Shown: piece after piece, positions 24,871 to 35,191 of the stretch
Position numbering within the stretch: the first letter of the stretch is position 1
Layout: each line of letters starts with the position of its first letter
Origin: an uncultured delta proteobacterium
GTDB lineage: Bacteria > Myxococcota > Kuafuiibacteriia > Kuafuiibacteriales > Kuafuiibacteriaceae
Direction of reading: 5' to 3'
Assembly: GCA_963803435.1 (NCBI GenBank)
Contig: CAWDML010000007.1
Span: forward strand, 320,001-384,000
DNA length: 64,000 nucleotides
Notes under the pieces: generated by a model
Seen by the model: only the letters and a program-made list of their open reading frames with translations
Told to the model about the DNA's origin: nothing
Database searches by the model: none
Program-made: the position numbers and the translations under genes

Positions 24871-25485
24871 CTAATCCTCTTTGGACGGAGGAAGCCGAGA
24901 AAGCACGAAAGGAAGCGCCGCCTGCAGGACCTCGTCGGGGCTCCGCCGCCCGTCGAGCACGATCGCCCCCTCGAACGCCAGGAAGGCGCGGCGCACCTCC
25001 TCCAGCGTGGCCTCGGACTCGAAGTCGTCGGACGATCGCCGTCGAGCGTTTATCCGCGCCAGCGCCTCGTTCACGGGCAGGTCGACGACGAGCAGCAGAT
25101 CCGGCCGCGGCGCGATCGCTTCGCTCTCGAGGAGCAGCCGGGTGCGATCGAGACCGCGTTGTCCCTGATACGCCACCGTCGAGAAGTAGCTCCGATCCTG
25201 GATCACGATCTCTCCCCGCGCGAGCGCGGGGCGAACCACCTCGGTCACGTGCGCGCGCCGATCCTCGTGAAACAGCTGGAACTCTTCCTCCGGGCTGACC
25301 GCCGAACGGCTGGCCGCCGCCAGCGCCCTGATCCGCCGGCCCAGGGGACCGTCCGTGGGCTCGCGCGTTCGAAATACCCGAAATCCGCGAGCTTCCAGGG
25401 CCTCGCCCAGACCACCGGCGAGCGTGCTCTTGCCTGAGCCATCGATCCCCTCGAGGACGATCAGCCGCCCCGGATCCTCCGCCAT
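24871..25485 (-). CDS. tmk: Thymidylate (dTMP) kinase
   Basis: LIVLEGIDGSGKST, TREP, DRSYFSTVAYQG, PDL. Confidence 0.96.
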   Translation of the reverse strand: MAEDPGRLIVLEGIDGSGKSTLAGGLGEALEARGFRVFRTREPTDGPLGRRIRALAAASRSAVSPEEEFQLFHEDRRAHVTEVVRPALARGEIVIQDRSYFSTVAYQGQRGLDRTRLLLESEAIAPRPDLLLVVDLPVNEALARINARRRSSDDFESEATLEEVRRAFLAFEGAIVLDGRRSPDEVLQAALPFVLSRLPPSKED

Positions 25486-25502
25486 GGGCGGACTATACTC
25501 CG

Positions 25503-27480
25503 GTGGAGATGGTCGCGACCGCTCTGACGGTCCTGCTGCTCGGCCTGGCGGCGCCCGAAGGGGACGACGATCGACCCTACGTCGAGATCCTTCAGTCGAG
25601 CGGCGCGATCGACGGCCCGGCGGAGGGTGGTCTGGCGGTCCCCCGCTGGGAGCGCGTCCGGCTGGAGCTTCGCGTTGAAAACCGCCTCTCCCACGAGGTC
25701 GACGATCTCGAGCTGGACGTCGCGCTCGTCTCGCCCGGAGACGGAACTTCGGTGATCCCAGGCTGGAGCTTCCGCACCCAGTCCGCCGCCGTCCTCCCGC
25801 CGAAAGAGGTCACCTACCTCCGGATCGCGCGCGAGCTGCCGGCGCGCCGCACCTCGCCGCCCGCCGACGAGATCGCGTACCGGATCCAGATCCGGAGCTA
25901 CAAGCTGCACCCGCCGGACCTGGCCACTGCGATCGAGCTCCTGGGGAGCCCGACCAAGAGCGATCAGCGCGCCGCGCTCGCGAGCTATCAGCCGATGGAC
26001 GACGATGAGGGCGAGAAGGTCCTCGGCGACGAGCTCGCCCTCGCCCTCGCCACCTTGCCATCCTCGCCGGCCGCCTCCGACGGGCTCCGCATGCTCTTCG
26101 CCGTGCACGCCATGGGCTCGCTCCGCGACGCGGACCACGTCGCCAACCTGCTCTACCTCCCCGACACCCTCGATCGCGGCGCCTGGGGCCGCGCGGTGAT
26201 CGATCTCGGCCACCCGCATGGTGGCGGCCTCCGAGGAGGACGAGCCCCGCCTCCGCGTCCTGCCGTCGTGGGCGCGGGAGCAGTCGGCCCTTCTCCGCGT
26301 GCGCGCTGCCGACACGCTCGACGACGCGGCGCGAGACGCGATCCTGCGGATGGGCGACGCCGCCGTCCCGAACCTCCTGCGCCACTCGCACACCGCGCCC
26401 GAGCCCGAGGTCCGCGCCCGGGCCGTCCGCCTGCTCCATGCACTCGGGCGCTCGACCGTGCGCTCGCAGCTCTCGCTCCGCGACCCGAGCGCGCGCCTGG
26501 AGGTGATCGAGGTCCTCGGCGAGCTGGGCTCGCCCGAGCCGGTCTCGGCGCTGGTCGAGATCCTCCGTTCGCGCGATCACGCCCTCTCGAAGGCGGCCGG
26601 CGAAGCGCTCCAGCACATCGGCGCGGCCGCCGTCGACCCGCTCGTCGACGCCCTCGGCACGCCGCGGGACCAGCCCGTCATCGACGTCCTCAAGTCGATC
26701 GGAAAGCGCTCGCCTGACGCTATCCACGCGGCGGCGGCCCGCTACGGGATCACGACCGATCGCCGGGAGAAGCTGCCGGGACAGATCGATCGGCTCCAGC
26801 TCCACCTCCTCGAAGAACAGCGGGCGCGCTTGGTCGCGGAGATCGATCACGCGATCGAGCTCGGCCGCGAGGGCAGCTACACCGAAGCATTCAACCGCCT
26901 CGACGCCGTCTTCACTCAGGACGCCGATCTCTACATGAGCTACGCTCGCCCCATCGCGACGCTCTACGTCGCCCGCGGGCGGCAGCTCTTCGCGCGCGGC
27001 GACTACGACGCCACCATCCAGACGGTAAAGACCGGCCTCTCGATCCACACGACGCCCCACGCCATCGAGCTGTTGACGCACGCGCAGCTCCAGCTGGCGC
27101 TCGGCCTGATCGAGCTCGGCGACCTGGATCGGGCGCAGCAGACCATCGACTCCATCCAGACCGGCGTGCTGACCGCCGAGGTGCGCCGGGTCGAGGGCCA
27201 CCTCCTCGCCAAGACCGCCCGCGCTGCCATCGAGCGGGGCGACTACGGCCGCGCCCGCGCCATGGTCGATCGCGCCCGCGCCATCGACGCCGAGGATCCC
27301 GACCTGGTCCTGGCCGACCGGCGCCTGATGCTCTCCGAAAACCTGGCGGTCGTGATCGTGCTGTCACTCCTCCTCCCGGCGTTTGTGCTCGCGATCGTGG
27401 TCTACATCCGGCGGCGCCTCGATTCGGCCCGTATGGAGCGGCTCGCCACCGCCATCGATCGCGGCGAGCCCGGACGGTGA
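25503..27480 (+). CDS. Exported HEAT/TPR-repeat membrane protein (frameshift ~26208)
   Basis: Signal peptide, HEAT repeats (LGELGSPEPVSALVEIL), C-terminal TM; two ORFs joined by removing one G. Confidence 0.75.
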
Positions 27481-27496
27481 GCCCGCCCGTATAGGC

Positions 27497-29035
27497 ATGC
27501 CGGGGGTGCGGTTTCAGGTCTCGATGCTCGTGCTGCTCGGCGGCGCCGCCTGCGCACCACACCGGGTGGTCACGCCCACGTTCTCGCATCAGCCCGACGT
27601 GCGCCCGCGGAACCTCCGCCACGTCGAGCTGGACCTCTGCGAGTTCAACGTCGCCAACCGCGGGCGGAAGGACCCCCCGGCGGCGGTCGAGGCGCTCCGG
27701 ACCTCGCTCCTCGACTACCTCCACGAGGCGGGCGACTACGGCGCGATCACCGAGTGTCGGCCCGAGGAGCTCGCCGCCGCCACCTCGCTCGAGCGCGTGA
27801 GCATGACCGTGCGGCTGATCCCGGATCACGAGACCTCGCGGAGCTGGTTCCTCGACGCCCTCTTCTTCTACCCGTTCTCCGGCTTCTGGCCGGTCACGCC
27901 GCTCTGGGGCCGCACCCTCGTCCGCGCCCAGGTCGGGCTGAGGACGAGCACCACCGAGCTCGCGCCCGTCGAGGTCCGCGCCAGCGCGCCGTTCTCGATG
28001 ATCTTCTACTCGTGGTATCGAACCGAGCCCGTCGAGGCGGCGTACCGCCGGACCTACGACACCACCTTCCGTGAGATGGCGCGCCGCATCGCCCGCCGGA
28101 TCGACGAGAACCTCCCGCTCGCGCAGCTCGTCATCACCAGCACCCCCGCGCTGCCCAGGCCCAAAGACCCCGACGACGCCGTTCTCAGCCTGGCGATGGA
28201 CGTCCTGGAGTCCGAAGAGATCCACCTTCCCGAACGCGGGTTCCGCGTGATCGCGGAGCCGCTGGCCCACTCCGACAACCTCTTCTATCGGTACGTCGGC
28301 GCGCTCGGCGGGCTCGAGGCCAGCAAGACCGGCGGCGCCGCCATCGTCGAGTCCCGCGCCACGACCCGCTTCTCCGGAGCCGAGACGGTCGGCAGCGGCC
28401 GCGCGACCTCCGACGGCTTCCGCTTCGCGCTCTACCAGCCTCCTGACCGCACCGGGTTCTTCTTTCCGCCGCGGTTCGGCTTCTTCTCGCAGGACATCGA
28501 GATCTCAGGCTTCCGCGAGGCCCTCCCGGTCTTCGGCCAGGGCGCGGGCGCCGACATCCCCGCGGTGGTCACCGATCCCACCACCGGTGTCCCGGTCGAC
28601 ATCAACGCACCGATCACCTACGAGCTGCGGCTCAGGTCGGGCTACCTCGGCCAGGGCGCCGGCTTCAACTTCGTCGCCGGCACGGACGACCTGCAGCTCT
28701 TCAGCACGATCCAGGTCGCGGTCAACGCGTTCGAGGTGCGGCACACAGGCGTGACCATCAACCAGACCAACGTCGCCGGCTACAGCTTCTCGTTCTTCGG
28801 CTCGGGCGAGGTCAGCGCCCAGCTCGGGCTCGCGGTCCCCGCGATCCACCTGGCGATCCGCGGTGCCTGGGAGTTCGAGTGGTTCCGCGCCTTCGGCTAT
28901 CCCGAGCCCCTCGAGTTCCAGGCGAGCGTCGCGTTCAACCCGGACAAGATGGTGTTCGAACGACAGCGTGTGTTCGTCGACGGCGCCACCGTCCTCACCT
29001 TCAACTGGCAGCTCTCGGCCATATACTCCTTCTGA
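27497..29035 (+). CDS. Hypothetical lipoprotein, possibly with a C-terminal beta-barrel
   Basis: LLGGAAC lipobox; amphipathic beta strands ending in YSF. Confidence 0.7.
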   Translation: MPGVRFQVSMLVLLGGAACAPHRVVTPTFSHQPDVRPRNLRHVELDLCEFNVANRGRKDPPAAVEALRTSLLDYLHEAGDYGAITECRPEELAAATSLERVSMTVRLIPDHETSRSWFLDALFFYPFSGFWPVTPLWGRTLVRAQVGLRTSTTELAPVEVRASAPFSMIFYSWYRTEPVEAAYRRTYDTTFREMARRIARRIDENLPLAQLVITSTPALPRPKDPDDAVLSLAMDVLESEEIHLPERGFRVIAEPLAHSDNLFYRYVGALGGLEASKTGGAAIVESRATTRFSGAETVGSGRATSDGFRFALYQPPDRTGFFFPPRFGFFSQDIEISGFREALPVFGQGAGADIPAVVTDPTTGVPVDINAPITYELRLRSGYLGQGAGFNFVAGTDDLQLFSTIQVAVNAFEVRHTGVTINQTNVAGYSFSFFGSGEVSAQLGLAVPAIHLAIRGAWEFEWFRAFGYPEPLEFQASVAFNPDKMVFERQRVFVDGATVLTFNWQLSAIYSF

Positions 29036-29490
29036 TGCGACGCTGGTTCCCCCTCCTCGCGCTCCTGGGTCTGACCGCCTGCGCCGAGGGCGGACCTCCC
29101 ACGGTCACGCTCGCGGCCTCCGTCGTCATCGTCAACGAGAGCCAGTACACGCTCGAGGAGCTGCGCGTGCACCGCACCCCCGATTACCGCTCGGCCGACA
29201 ACGTGCTCACGTCTGGCCTCGGGATCGACGAGGATATCCTCTTCTACGGAGACGGTGAGTGGTACCTCACGGTGCTCCGGGAGCGTTACCACCTGGGCCC
29301 GATCCTCGCGTTCACGACCGCGCAGCCGATCGACCTCGAGCGCGAGCGTGGCTACCGCCTCACGGTCTTCGACGAGTCCTTCCGCCTGGAGGACGACACC
29401 TGGCTCGATCCCGGCGCACCGGGGCGTCTGTACTACGGAGATCCGTATCCCGACGGCCGGCCGATCGCCGACGCAGGGGCGCCGGACTGA
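29035..29490 (+). CDS. Hypothetical lipoprotein
   Basis: MRRWFPLLALLGLTAC lipobox; TGATG coupling to the upstream gene. Confidence 0.75.
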   Translation: MRRWFPLLALLGLTACAEGGPPTVTLAASVVIVNESQYTLEELRVHRTPDYRSADNVLTSGLGIDEDILFYGDGEWYLTVLRERYHLGPILAFTTAQPIDLERERGYRLTVFDESFRLEDDTWLDPGAPGRLYYGDPYPDGRPIADAGAPD

Positions 29491-29499
29491 GAGCATTGG

Positions 29500-29655
29500 C
29501 CTCGCGAATGAGAGCGACGATCTCCAGAAGAAGCGCATCGGATGAGCTGCCGAGCGACATGCTTGCCAGCGAAGTTCCTTCGCGAGCTCGCGACACCGCC
29601 GAAGAACGCGCCTCGCAAACCTGAGCAACCGATCCGCGATCTCATCGCCCTTCAT
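29500..29655 (-). pseudogene. Four-helix-bundle protein, N-terminal remnant
   Basis: MKGDEIADRLLRFARRVLRRCREL / FAGKHVARQLIRCASSG across a frameshift. Confidence 0.65.
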
Positions 29656-29694
29656 GAGCTGAAGTGCAAACGGAATCGCGCCCGGTTCTGCGCG

Positions 29695-30384
29695 CTACCC
29701 CGAGCCGAGATCCTCCTTCGCCGAGGTCAACCGCGCGAGCTCTGGGAAGAACTTCCTCATGTTCTTCACCTTCCGATCACCCGCACCGAAGGCCTCGCGG
29801 ATGGTCTCGACCCTGAGATCCGCCGCAAAGTACTCCGGATGCGGATGCGTGTGCGTCGCCAGCAGAAACTCGCATACGGGATCGCACGTCAGCCCGAGCT
29901 GCGCGAGCGCCCAACCGCAGAAGTAGTCGGCCCGCGTCTCCTCCAGGCGACAGATCTCCTCCATCTCCTCCCGCGTCCGCGGCGCTTCGCGCAGGTACTC
30001 GGCCCAGCGACGCGGTCGATGTCCGATCTCGTGGGCGATCACGCCGACCTGCGTGTCGAGGCTGTGCGACCAACCGAACAGGAGCTCGCGCCCGACGTAG
30101 ATCCGACCGTCCTTGTCGATGCTGGCGATCGTCCCCGTCGCCAGCGTGAGCGCGTAGTCCTCCTCCCGATCGCCCGCGAGCCGCGCGAGCTTCTTCCGGT
30201 AGACGTGGAGGCGTGCCATCAGCGCGGCGCTCTCCTCGTCCTCATCGAGGATGCGCGGCTTGGGGCGGCCGAACAGGCTGTCCTGGACCTGCTCGCCGAC
30301 CGACTCGGCGCCTTCCTTGCCGCCGACCCAGTTCGGGCCGTAGGGGCTCCGAGAAACACCGCCGCCGGGAACGCGCGTCGCCAA
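29695..30384 (-). CDS. Putative zinc metallopeptidase (HExxH, M48-like)
   Basis: VIAHEIGH followed by EETRADYF. Confidence 0.65.
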   Translation of the reverse strand: MATRVPGGGVSRSPYGPNWVGGKEGAESVGEQVQDSLFGRPKPRILDEDEESAALMARLHVYRKKLARLAGDREEDYALTLATGTIASIDKDGRIYVGRELLFGWSHSLDTQVGVIAHEIGHRPRRWAEYLREAPRTREEMEEICRLEETRADYFCGWALAQLGLTCDPVCEFLLATHTHPHPEYFAADLRVETIREAFGAGDRKVKNMRKFFPELARLTSAKEDLGSG

Positions 30385-30395
30385 CGCCGCCGAGT

Positions 30396-31028
30396 CTACC
30401 TCACTGAGTTGTCACAGAGCAGGGCGCTCACGCCGCTCGTTCGGGCTCGGCGTCCAGCGGTGCGAACGTCGCCAGGACCCTGCGGCACGAGGCCGACACC
30501 GCGCCACCCGACGTCTCCGCCAGGTGCGACAGCTCGAGCCGCGCCTCCTCGGACCATCGGCCACAGAATCTGGAGCGCTCGCACCAGCCGGACAATCATC
30601 GTCTCGTCGGCGCTCACCCGCACGAACGCGCCCGCCCGCCACATCTTGAGCACCCGCCGCCGCAGCAGCCGCACCAGCTGCGGCGGTCCGATCAGGTTCT
30701 CCGGATCGATGGTGTTGAGCGCCTCGATGGCGGCGAGCGCCAGCCCGTCGTCCTCGCGGTCGACCACCGCCCGCATCAGCGCCGGCAGCGCCGGCAGCGC
30801 CGCCGCTCCGATCCGGCCCAGCTGCACCGCCGCCCGCGTCCGGCACTCTCCCGCCGGCTCCTGAACCAGCCGCGCCAGCCCCTCAATCGTCTCCTCGCCG
30901 CGCCCCAGCCCGAACAGCTGCACCGCCGCGCCGAGCCGATCCTCGGCGTGGTCCTCGCCGGCGAGCAGCTGCAGCAGCTCCTCCGCCACGCCGCTCGCGA
31001 CTGCGCGCCGCCCTGCCAGGTCGTCCAT
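30396..31028 (-). CDS. HEAT-repeat protein (possibly truncated)
   Basis: RAAVQLGRIGAAALPALPALMRAV...AAIEALNTIDP. Confidence 0.55.
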   Translation of the reverse strand: MDDLAGRRAVASGVAEELLQLLAGEDHAEDRLGAAVQLFGLGRGEETIEGLARLVQEPAGECRTRAAVQLGRIGAAALPALPALMRAVVDREDDGLALAAIEALNTIDPENLIGPPQLVRLLRRRVLKMWRAGAFVRVSADETMIVRLVRALQILWPMVRGGAARAVAPGGDVGWRGVGLVPQGPGDVRTAGRRARTSGVSALLCDNSVR

Positions 31029-31181
31029 GCGCACGGCCTTCGCAATGCGCGTGCCGGCGAGCGCGGGCGCGCGATCGCGGGATCGTCCGAATTCGGTCCG
31101 GATTTCGAACGCGTGTCCGGATTCCGGACGGACATTTCCCCCCGCATCCAACGCTTCCCAACCGCCGTGCGCGCCGACAGT

Positions 31182-32255
31182 ATGGGCGCGGTGAAGCGCC
31201 TCCTCCCGCTCGCTCTCGTCGCGTCCGCCTGCGGCCCCACCGCCGTCGACGTTGCGTCGCTCTCGGATCCGGGTCCCTACGCGGTCGGCTACCGGACGTA
31301 CACGGTCGAGTACACGCCACCGCTCGCGACGGAGCCGCGCCGAACCTTCGTGCTGGTCTGGTACCCGGCCGAGCCCTCGGAGGGAGAGCGGCCGTTTTAC
31401 ACGCTCAGGACGTCGGAGGTCGCGGTGGTCGACGCCCCGCCCGCCGATCTCGGACCCCGCCCGGTCGTCGTCTACTCCCACGGACACCAATCGTATGCGG
31501 CGTCGTTCAGCTACCTGATGGAGCACCTCGCCTCGCACGGCTTCATCGCGATCGCCCCGACGCACACCGGCAACACGTTCATCGACGGCGACCATCGCGA
31601 GACCGACATCTATTACCTGCGCAGCCTCGACGTGAAAGCGTCGCTCGACTACTTCGAGGCCCTGAGCGGCGACCCGCTCAGCGGCCGCTTCGGCCCCAAG
31701 AAGGCGATGACCGGTCACAGCTTCGGCGGATACACGACGTTCGCGTTGACCGGCGCCACCTACCCGATCGACGCCCTGACCGCAGGCTGCGACGCCGGCG
31801 ACGGCAACGACGGCTTCTGCTCCACCCTGACGCCCGACAAGGCCGAGCTCTTCCGCGGCGGCTTCGAGGACCGTCGCTTCTCCGCGGCGGTCACGGTCGA
31901 TCCCGGCGACTTCGAGCTGTTCACCGCGGACGGCGTCGCCCGGGTCGACGTGCCGGTGCTCCACATGATCGCCGACATCAGCACGCCGCAGGATCCCTTC
32001 TGGCCCGCGCTCCACGGGCCCGACGACGTGCGTATGCGCCTCATCGGCGGCGACCACAACGACTTCATCGACACCTGCTCCACGGGCATCACCGTGCGCT
32101 GCAGTGATCTGGATCCCGCCAAGGTGTGGCTTCCCGTTCGCGTCTACACGCTCGCCTTCCTCCGCAAGGTCCTGCTGGAGGAGGAGGGCCTAGACCCGAT
32201 CCTCCAGGGCAAAACGCCCGTCTCCCCCCTCATCGAGCTGACCACGCGTCCGTAG
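31182..32255 (+). CDS. Alpha/beta hydrolase lipoprotein (PAF-acetylhydrolase/chlorophyllase-like)
   Basis: VASAC lipobox, GPYAVG, VVVYSHG, HLASHGF, GHSFGG nucleophile elbow. Confidence 0.88.
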   Translation: MGAVKRLLPLALVASACGPTAVDVASLSDPGPYAVGYRTYTVEYTPPLATEPRRTFVLVWYPAEPSEGERPFYTLRTSEVAVVDAPPADLGPRPVVVYSHGHQSYAASFSYLMEHLASHGFIAIAPTHTGNTFIDGDHRETDIYYLRSLDVKASLDYFEALSGDPLSGRFGPKKAMTGHSFGGYTTFALTGATYPIDALTAGCDAGDGNDGFCSTLTPDKAELFRGGFEDRRFSAAVTVDPGDFELFTADGVARVDVPVLHMIADISTPQDPFWPALHGPDDVRMRLIGGDHNDFIDTCSTGITVRCSDLDPAKVWLPVRVYTLAFLRKVLLEEEGLDPILQGKTPVSPLIELTTRP

Positions 32256-32300
32256 GGCGACCGACCGATCGTCCACAGCACCGATGCTAGCCTCCCGTCC

Positions 32301-33902
32301 GTGGCCCACCGCTCTCCCATACTTCTCGGAGCGCTGCTCCTCCTCGCCGCGTGCAAGGGTGAGGAGACGACCGACGCGCCGCCCATCCCGTTCCCCGACG
32401 TCGAGGCGCAAGGTGCCGCGCTCAAGCGGCTCACCGGCGAGCAGTACCGGAACAGCCTCCGCGACGTCCTCGGCGAGGACCTGGTCCTTCCCACGGCCGT
32501 CGAGCCCGACATCGCGGCGGCCGGCCTGCTGGCGATCGGCGCCTCGCGGACCACGATCTCCAGCTGGGGCGTCGAGCAATACGAGTCGGCCGCGTACTCC
32601 CTCGCCGCGCAGATCATGGAGGACGGGACCCGGCGCGCCTCACTCGTCCCGTGCGCGCCCGCCGCTCTCACCGACGACGACTGCGCCCGCGCCTTCATCA
32701 CGCAGCTCGGCTTGCGCTTGTGGCGGCGCCCGTTGATCGCAGAGGAGTCCGACGCGCTCGTCGCCGTCGCGCACGACGCCGCCATGACGCTCGGTGACTT
32801 CCACAAAGGTCTCGAGTTCGCGCTGGCGGCGCTGCTCCAATCACCGAACTTCCTCTACCGTGCGGAGCTGGGGAGCAGCGGCCGCTACGACGACTTCGAG
32901 CTGGCCACGCGACTCAGCTACTTCCTCTGGAACACCACCCCCGACGACGAGCTGCTGACCGCCGCCGAAGCCGGCGAGCTGGCCACCGACGACGGCCTGG
33001 CCGCCCAGGTCCACCGCATGCTCGAGTCCGATCGCGCGCACCAGGGCGTGCGCCGCTTCTTCTCCGATCTCTGGCACCTGTATCGCCTCGACGGCCTCAA
33101 CAAGGATCCGTCGCTCTTTCCTCACTACTCCACCGACCTCGGCGGCTACGCGCGGGAGGAGACGCTGCTCGGCATCGAGCATCTCGTGTTCGATCTCGAC
33201 GGCGATTACCGCGACCTCTTCACTACCGGCGAGACCTTCGTGAACCGCCACCTGGCGGCGCTCTACGGCGTGCGCGCGCCGGAGCGCGAGGGCTTCGGCC
33301 GCGTGGAGCTCGCGGAGGCGGGTGGGCGTCGCGGCTTCCTGGGCCAGGTCAGCTTCCTCGCTCTCAACTCGCATCCCGCCTCCTCCTCGGCCGTCCTGCG
33401 CGGTCACTTCGTCCGCTCGGTGCTGCTCTGTCAGCCGATCCCGCCGCCCCCGGTCAACCTCAACACGGCCCTCCCCGAGGTGACCGAGACCGCCCGCACC
33501 CTCCGCGAGCGCGATGTCGTCCACCTCCAGGACTCTTCCTGCGCGGGCTGCCACTCGCGAATGGATCCGATCGGCCTAGGCTTCGAGAACTTCGACGGGA
33601 TCGGTCGCTGGCGCACCGAAGATAACGGCGCGACCATCGACGCGACCGGCGACCTCGACGGCGCCGCGTTCCAGAACGCGTGGGAGCTCGGCCAGGTCGT
33701 GCACGACCACCCGGACCTCCCCCGCTGTCTGGTCGAGAACATGTACCAGTACGCCACCGGTACAGAGACTGGCGAAGGCGAGCGCGCGCTCGTCGACGTC
33801 CTCGCCGAGCGGTTCGCGCAGTCCGGCTATCGCATCAAGTCGCTGCTGTTCGACATCGTCACCAGCCCCGGATTCCGCCAGGTGAAGGAGGTCGCACCAT
33901 GA
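32301..33902 (+). CDS. DUF1592-family lipoprotein (DUF1587/1595/1592/1588/1585)
   Basis: LKRLTGEQYRNSLRD, LQSPNFLYRAE, ELATRLSYFLW..PDDELL, CAGCH, DPIGLGFENFDGIG. Confidence 0.93.
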   Translation: MAHRSPILLGALLLLAACKGEETTDAPPIPFPDVEAQGAALKRLTGEQYRNSLRDVLGEDLVLPTAVEPDIAAAGLLAIGASRTTISSWGVEQYESAAYSLAAQIMEDGTRRASLVPCAPAALTDDDCARAFITQLGLRLWRRPLIAEESDALVAVAHDAAMTLGDFHKGLEFALAALLQSPNFLYRAELGSSGRYDDFELATRLSYFLWNTTPDDELLTAAEAGELATDDGLAAQVHRMLESDRAHQGVRRFFSDLWHLYRLDGLNKDPSLFPHYSTDLGGYAREETLLGIEHLVFDLDGDYRDLFTTGETFVNRHLAALYGVRAPEREGFGRVELAEAGGRRGFLGQVSFLALNSHPASSSAVLRGHFVRSVLLCQPIPPPPVNLNTALPEVTETARTLRERDVVHLQDSSCAGCHSRMDPIGLGFENFDGIGRWRTEDNGATIDATGDLDGAAFQNAWELGQVVHDHPDLPRCLVENMYQYATGTETGEGERALVDVLAERFAQSGYRIKSLLFDIVTSPGFRQVKEVAP

Positions 33903-35191
33903 AGCTGTCACGGCGTACGGTCCTCAAGGGCATCCTCGGCGGCGCCGCAGTCTCGATCGCGCTCCCCGAGCTCGAGGTCTTCGCGCAGAGCGCCCTCCCC
34001 AAGCGGTTCGGCGTCTGGTTCTGGGGCAACGGCATGCTCCCCGCGCGCTGGGTGCCCGAGGGCGAAGGCACCGAGTGGACGCTGTCCGAGCAGCTCGCGC
34101 CCCTCGAGCCGGTCAAGAGCGACATCACCGTCGTCAGCGGCATGGCGCTCAAAACGGGCAACTCGATCCCCCACGGATCCGGCCCGGCCGGGATCCTCTC
34201 CGGGGCACCGCTGATCGTGCGGAGCGGCGAGGACTTCACGTTCAGCGCGCCCAGCATCGACCAGACGATTGCCACCGCGATCGGCGGCGACACCCGCTTC
34301 CGCTCCATCGAGCTCGGCGTCCGGCCCGAAGAGGGCCTCTCGTACAACGGGCCCGACAGCCGCAACCCGCCCGAGAGCTCTCCCAAGCAGCTGTTCGATC
34401 GCATCTTCGGCGGGGGCTTCGTCGCTCCGGGGACCACGCCGATGATCGACCCCAAGCTCCGCCTCCGCCGCAGCGTCCTCGACGTCGTGCTCTCCGACGC
34501 CGCCAGGCTCAAGACACGGCTCAGCGCGCAAGACAAGTTGCGACTCGACCAGCACCTCGACGGCGTGCGCGATCTCGAGCGCCGCATTCAGCGCCTCGAA
34601 GAGAACCCGCCCACGCTCGAGTCGTGTGCGGTCCCCGCCCAACCGGCCGACGACTATCCAGACGTCGACGGCCGCCCGCCGCTCTCGGAGATCTCACAGG
34701 TGATGGCCGAGCTGACCGCGATGGCGCTCGCCTGCGATCAGACGCGCGTCTTCAGCTGCTTCTACACCTTCCCGGTGAACAACATCCTGTTCCCCGGTCT
34801 GCCCGAGGGCCATCACCGGCTCACCCACGACGAGCCCGGCGATCAGCCGCTGGTGAGCAAGATCGTGGTTCAGATCATGGCCGACCTGTCGCGCTTCCTC
34901 GAGACGCTCCGCGCCGTCCCCGAGGGCGGCGGCACGCTGCTCGACAACTGCGCGATCCTCTGCACCTCCGACGTCTCCTTCGGACGCACGCACTCACTCG
35001 ACGACTATCCGATCATCATCGGCGGCACCGCCGGTGGAGCGCTCAAGAAGGGCCTGCACTACCGCTCACCGTCCGGAGAGAACGCGAGCATGGTCCTCCT
35101 GACGCTGGCCCGCGCGATGGGGCTGACGATCAGCGAGATCGGCGTCGACTCGGGCAGGACCGACCGCGGTCTGGAGGTGATCGAAGCATGA
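33899..35191 (+). CDS. DUF1552-family protein (Tat signal)
   Basis: MKLSRRTVLKG, SIDQTIA, RRSVLD, LDQHLDGVRDLERR, GTLLDN; ATGA overlap with the DUF1592 gene. Confidence 0.93.
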   Translation: MKLSRRTVLKGILGGAAVSIALPELEVFAQSALPKRFGVWFWGNGMLPARWVPEGEGTEWTLSEQLAPLEPVKSDITVVSGMALKTGNSIPHGSGPAGILSGAPLIVRSGEDFTFSAPSIDQTIATAIGGDTRFRSIELGVRPEEGLSYNGPDSRNPPESSPKQLFDRIFGGGFVAPGTTPMIDPKLRLRRSVLDVVLSDAARLKTRLSAQDKLRLDQHLDGVRDLERRIQRLEENPPTLESCAVPAQPADDYPDVDGRPPLSEISQVMAELTAMALACDQTRVFSCFYTFPVNNILFPGLPEGHHRLTHDEPGDQPLVSKIVVQIMADLSRFLETLRAVPEGGGTLLDNCAILCTSDVSFGRTHSLDDYPIIIGGTAGGALKKGLHYRSPSGENASMVLLTLARAMGLTISEIGVDSGRTDRGLEVIEA

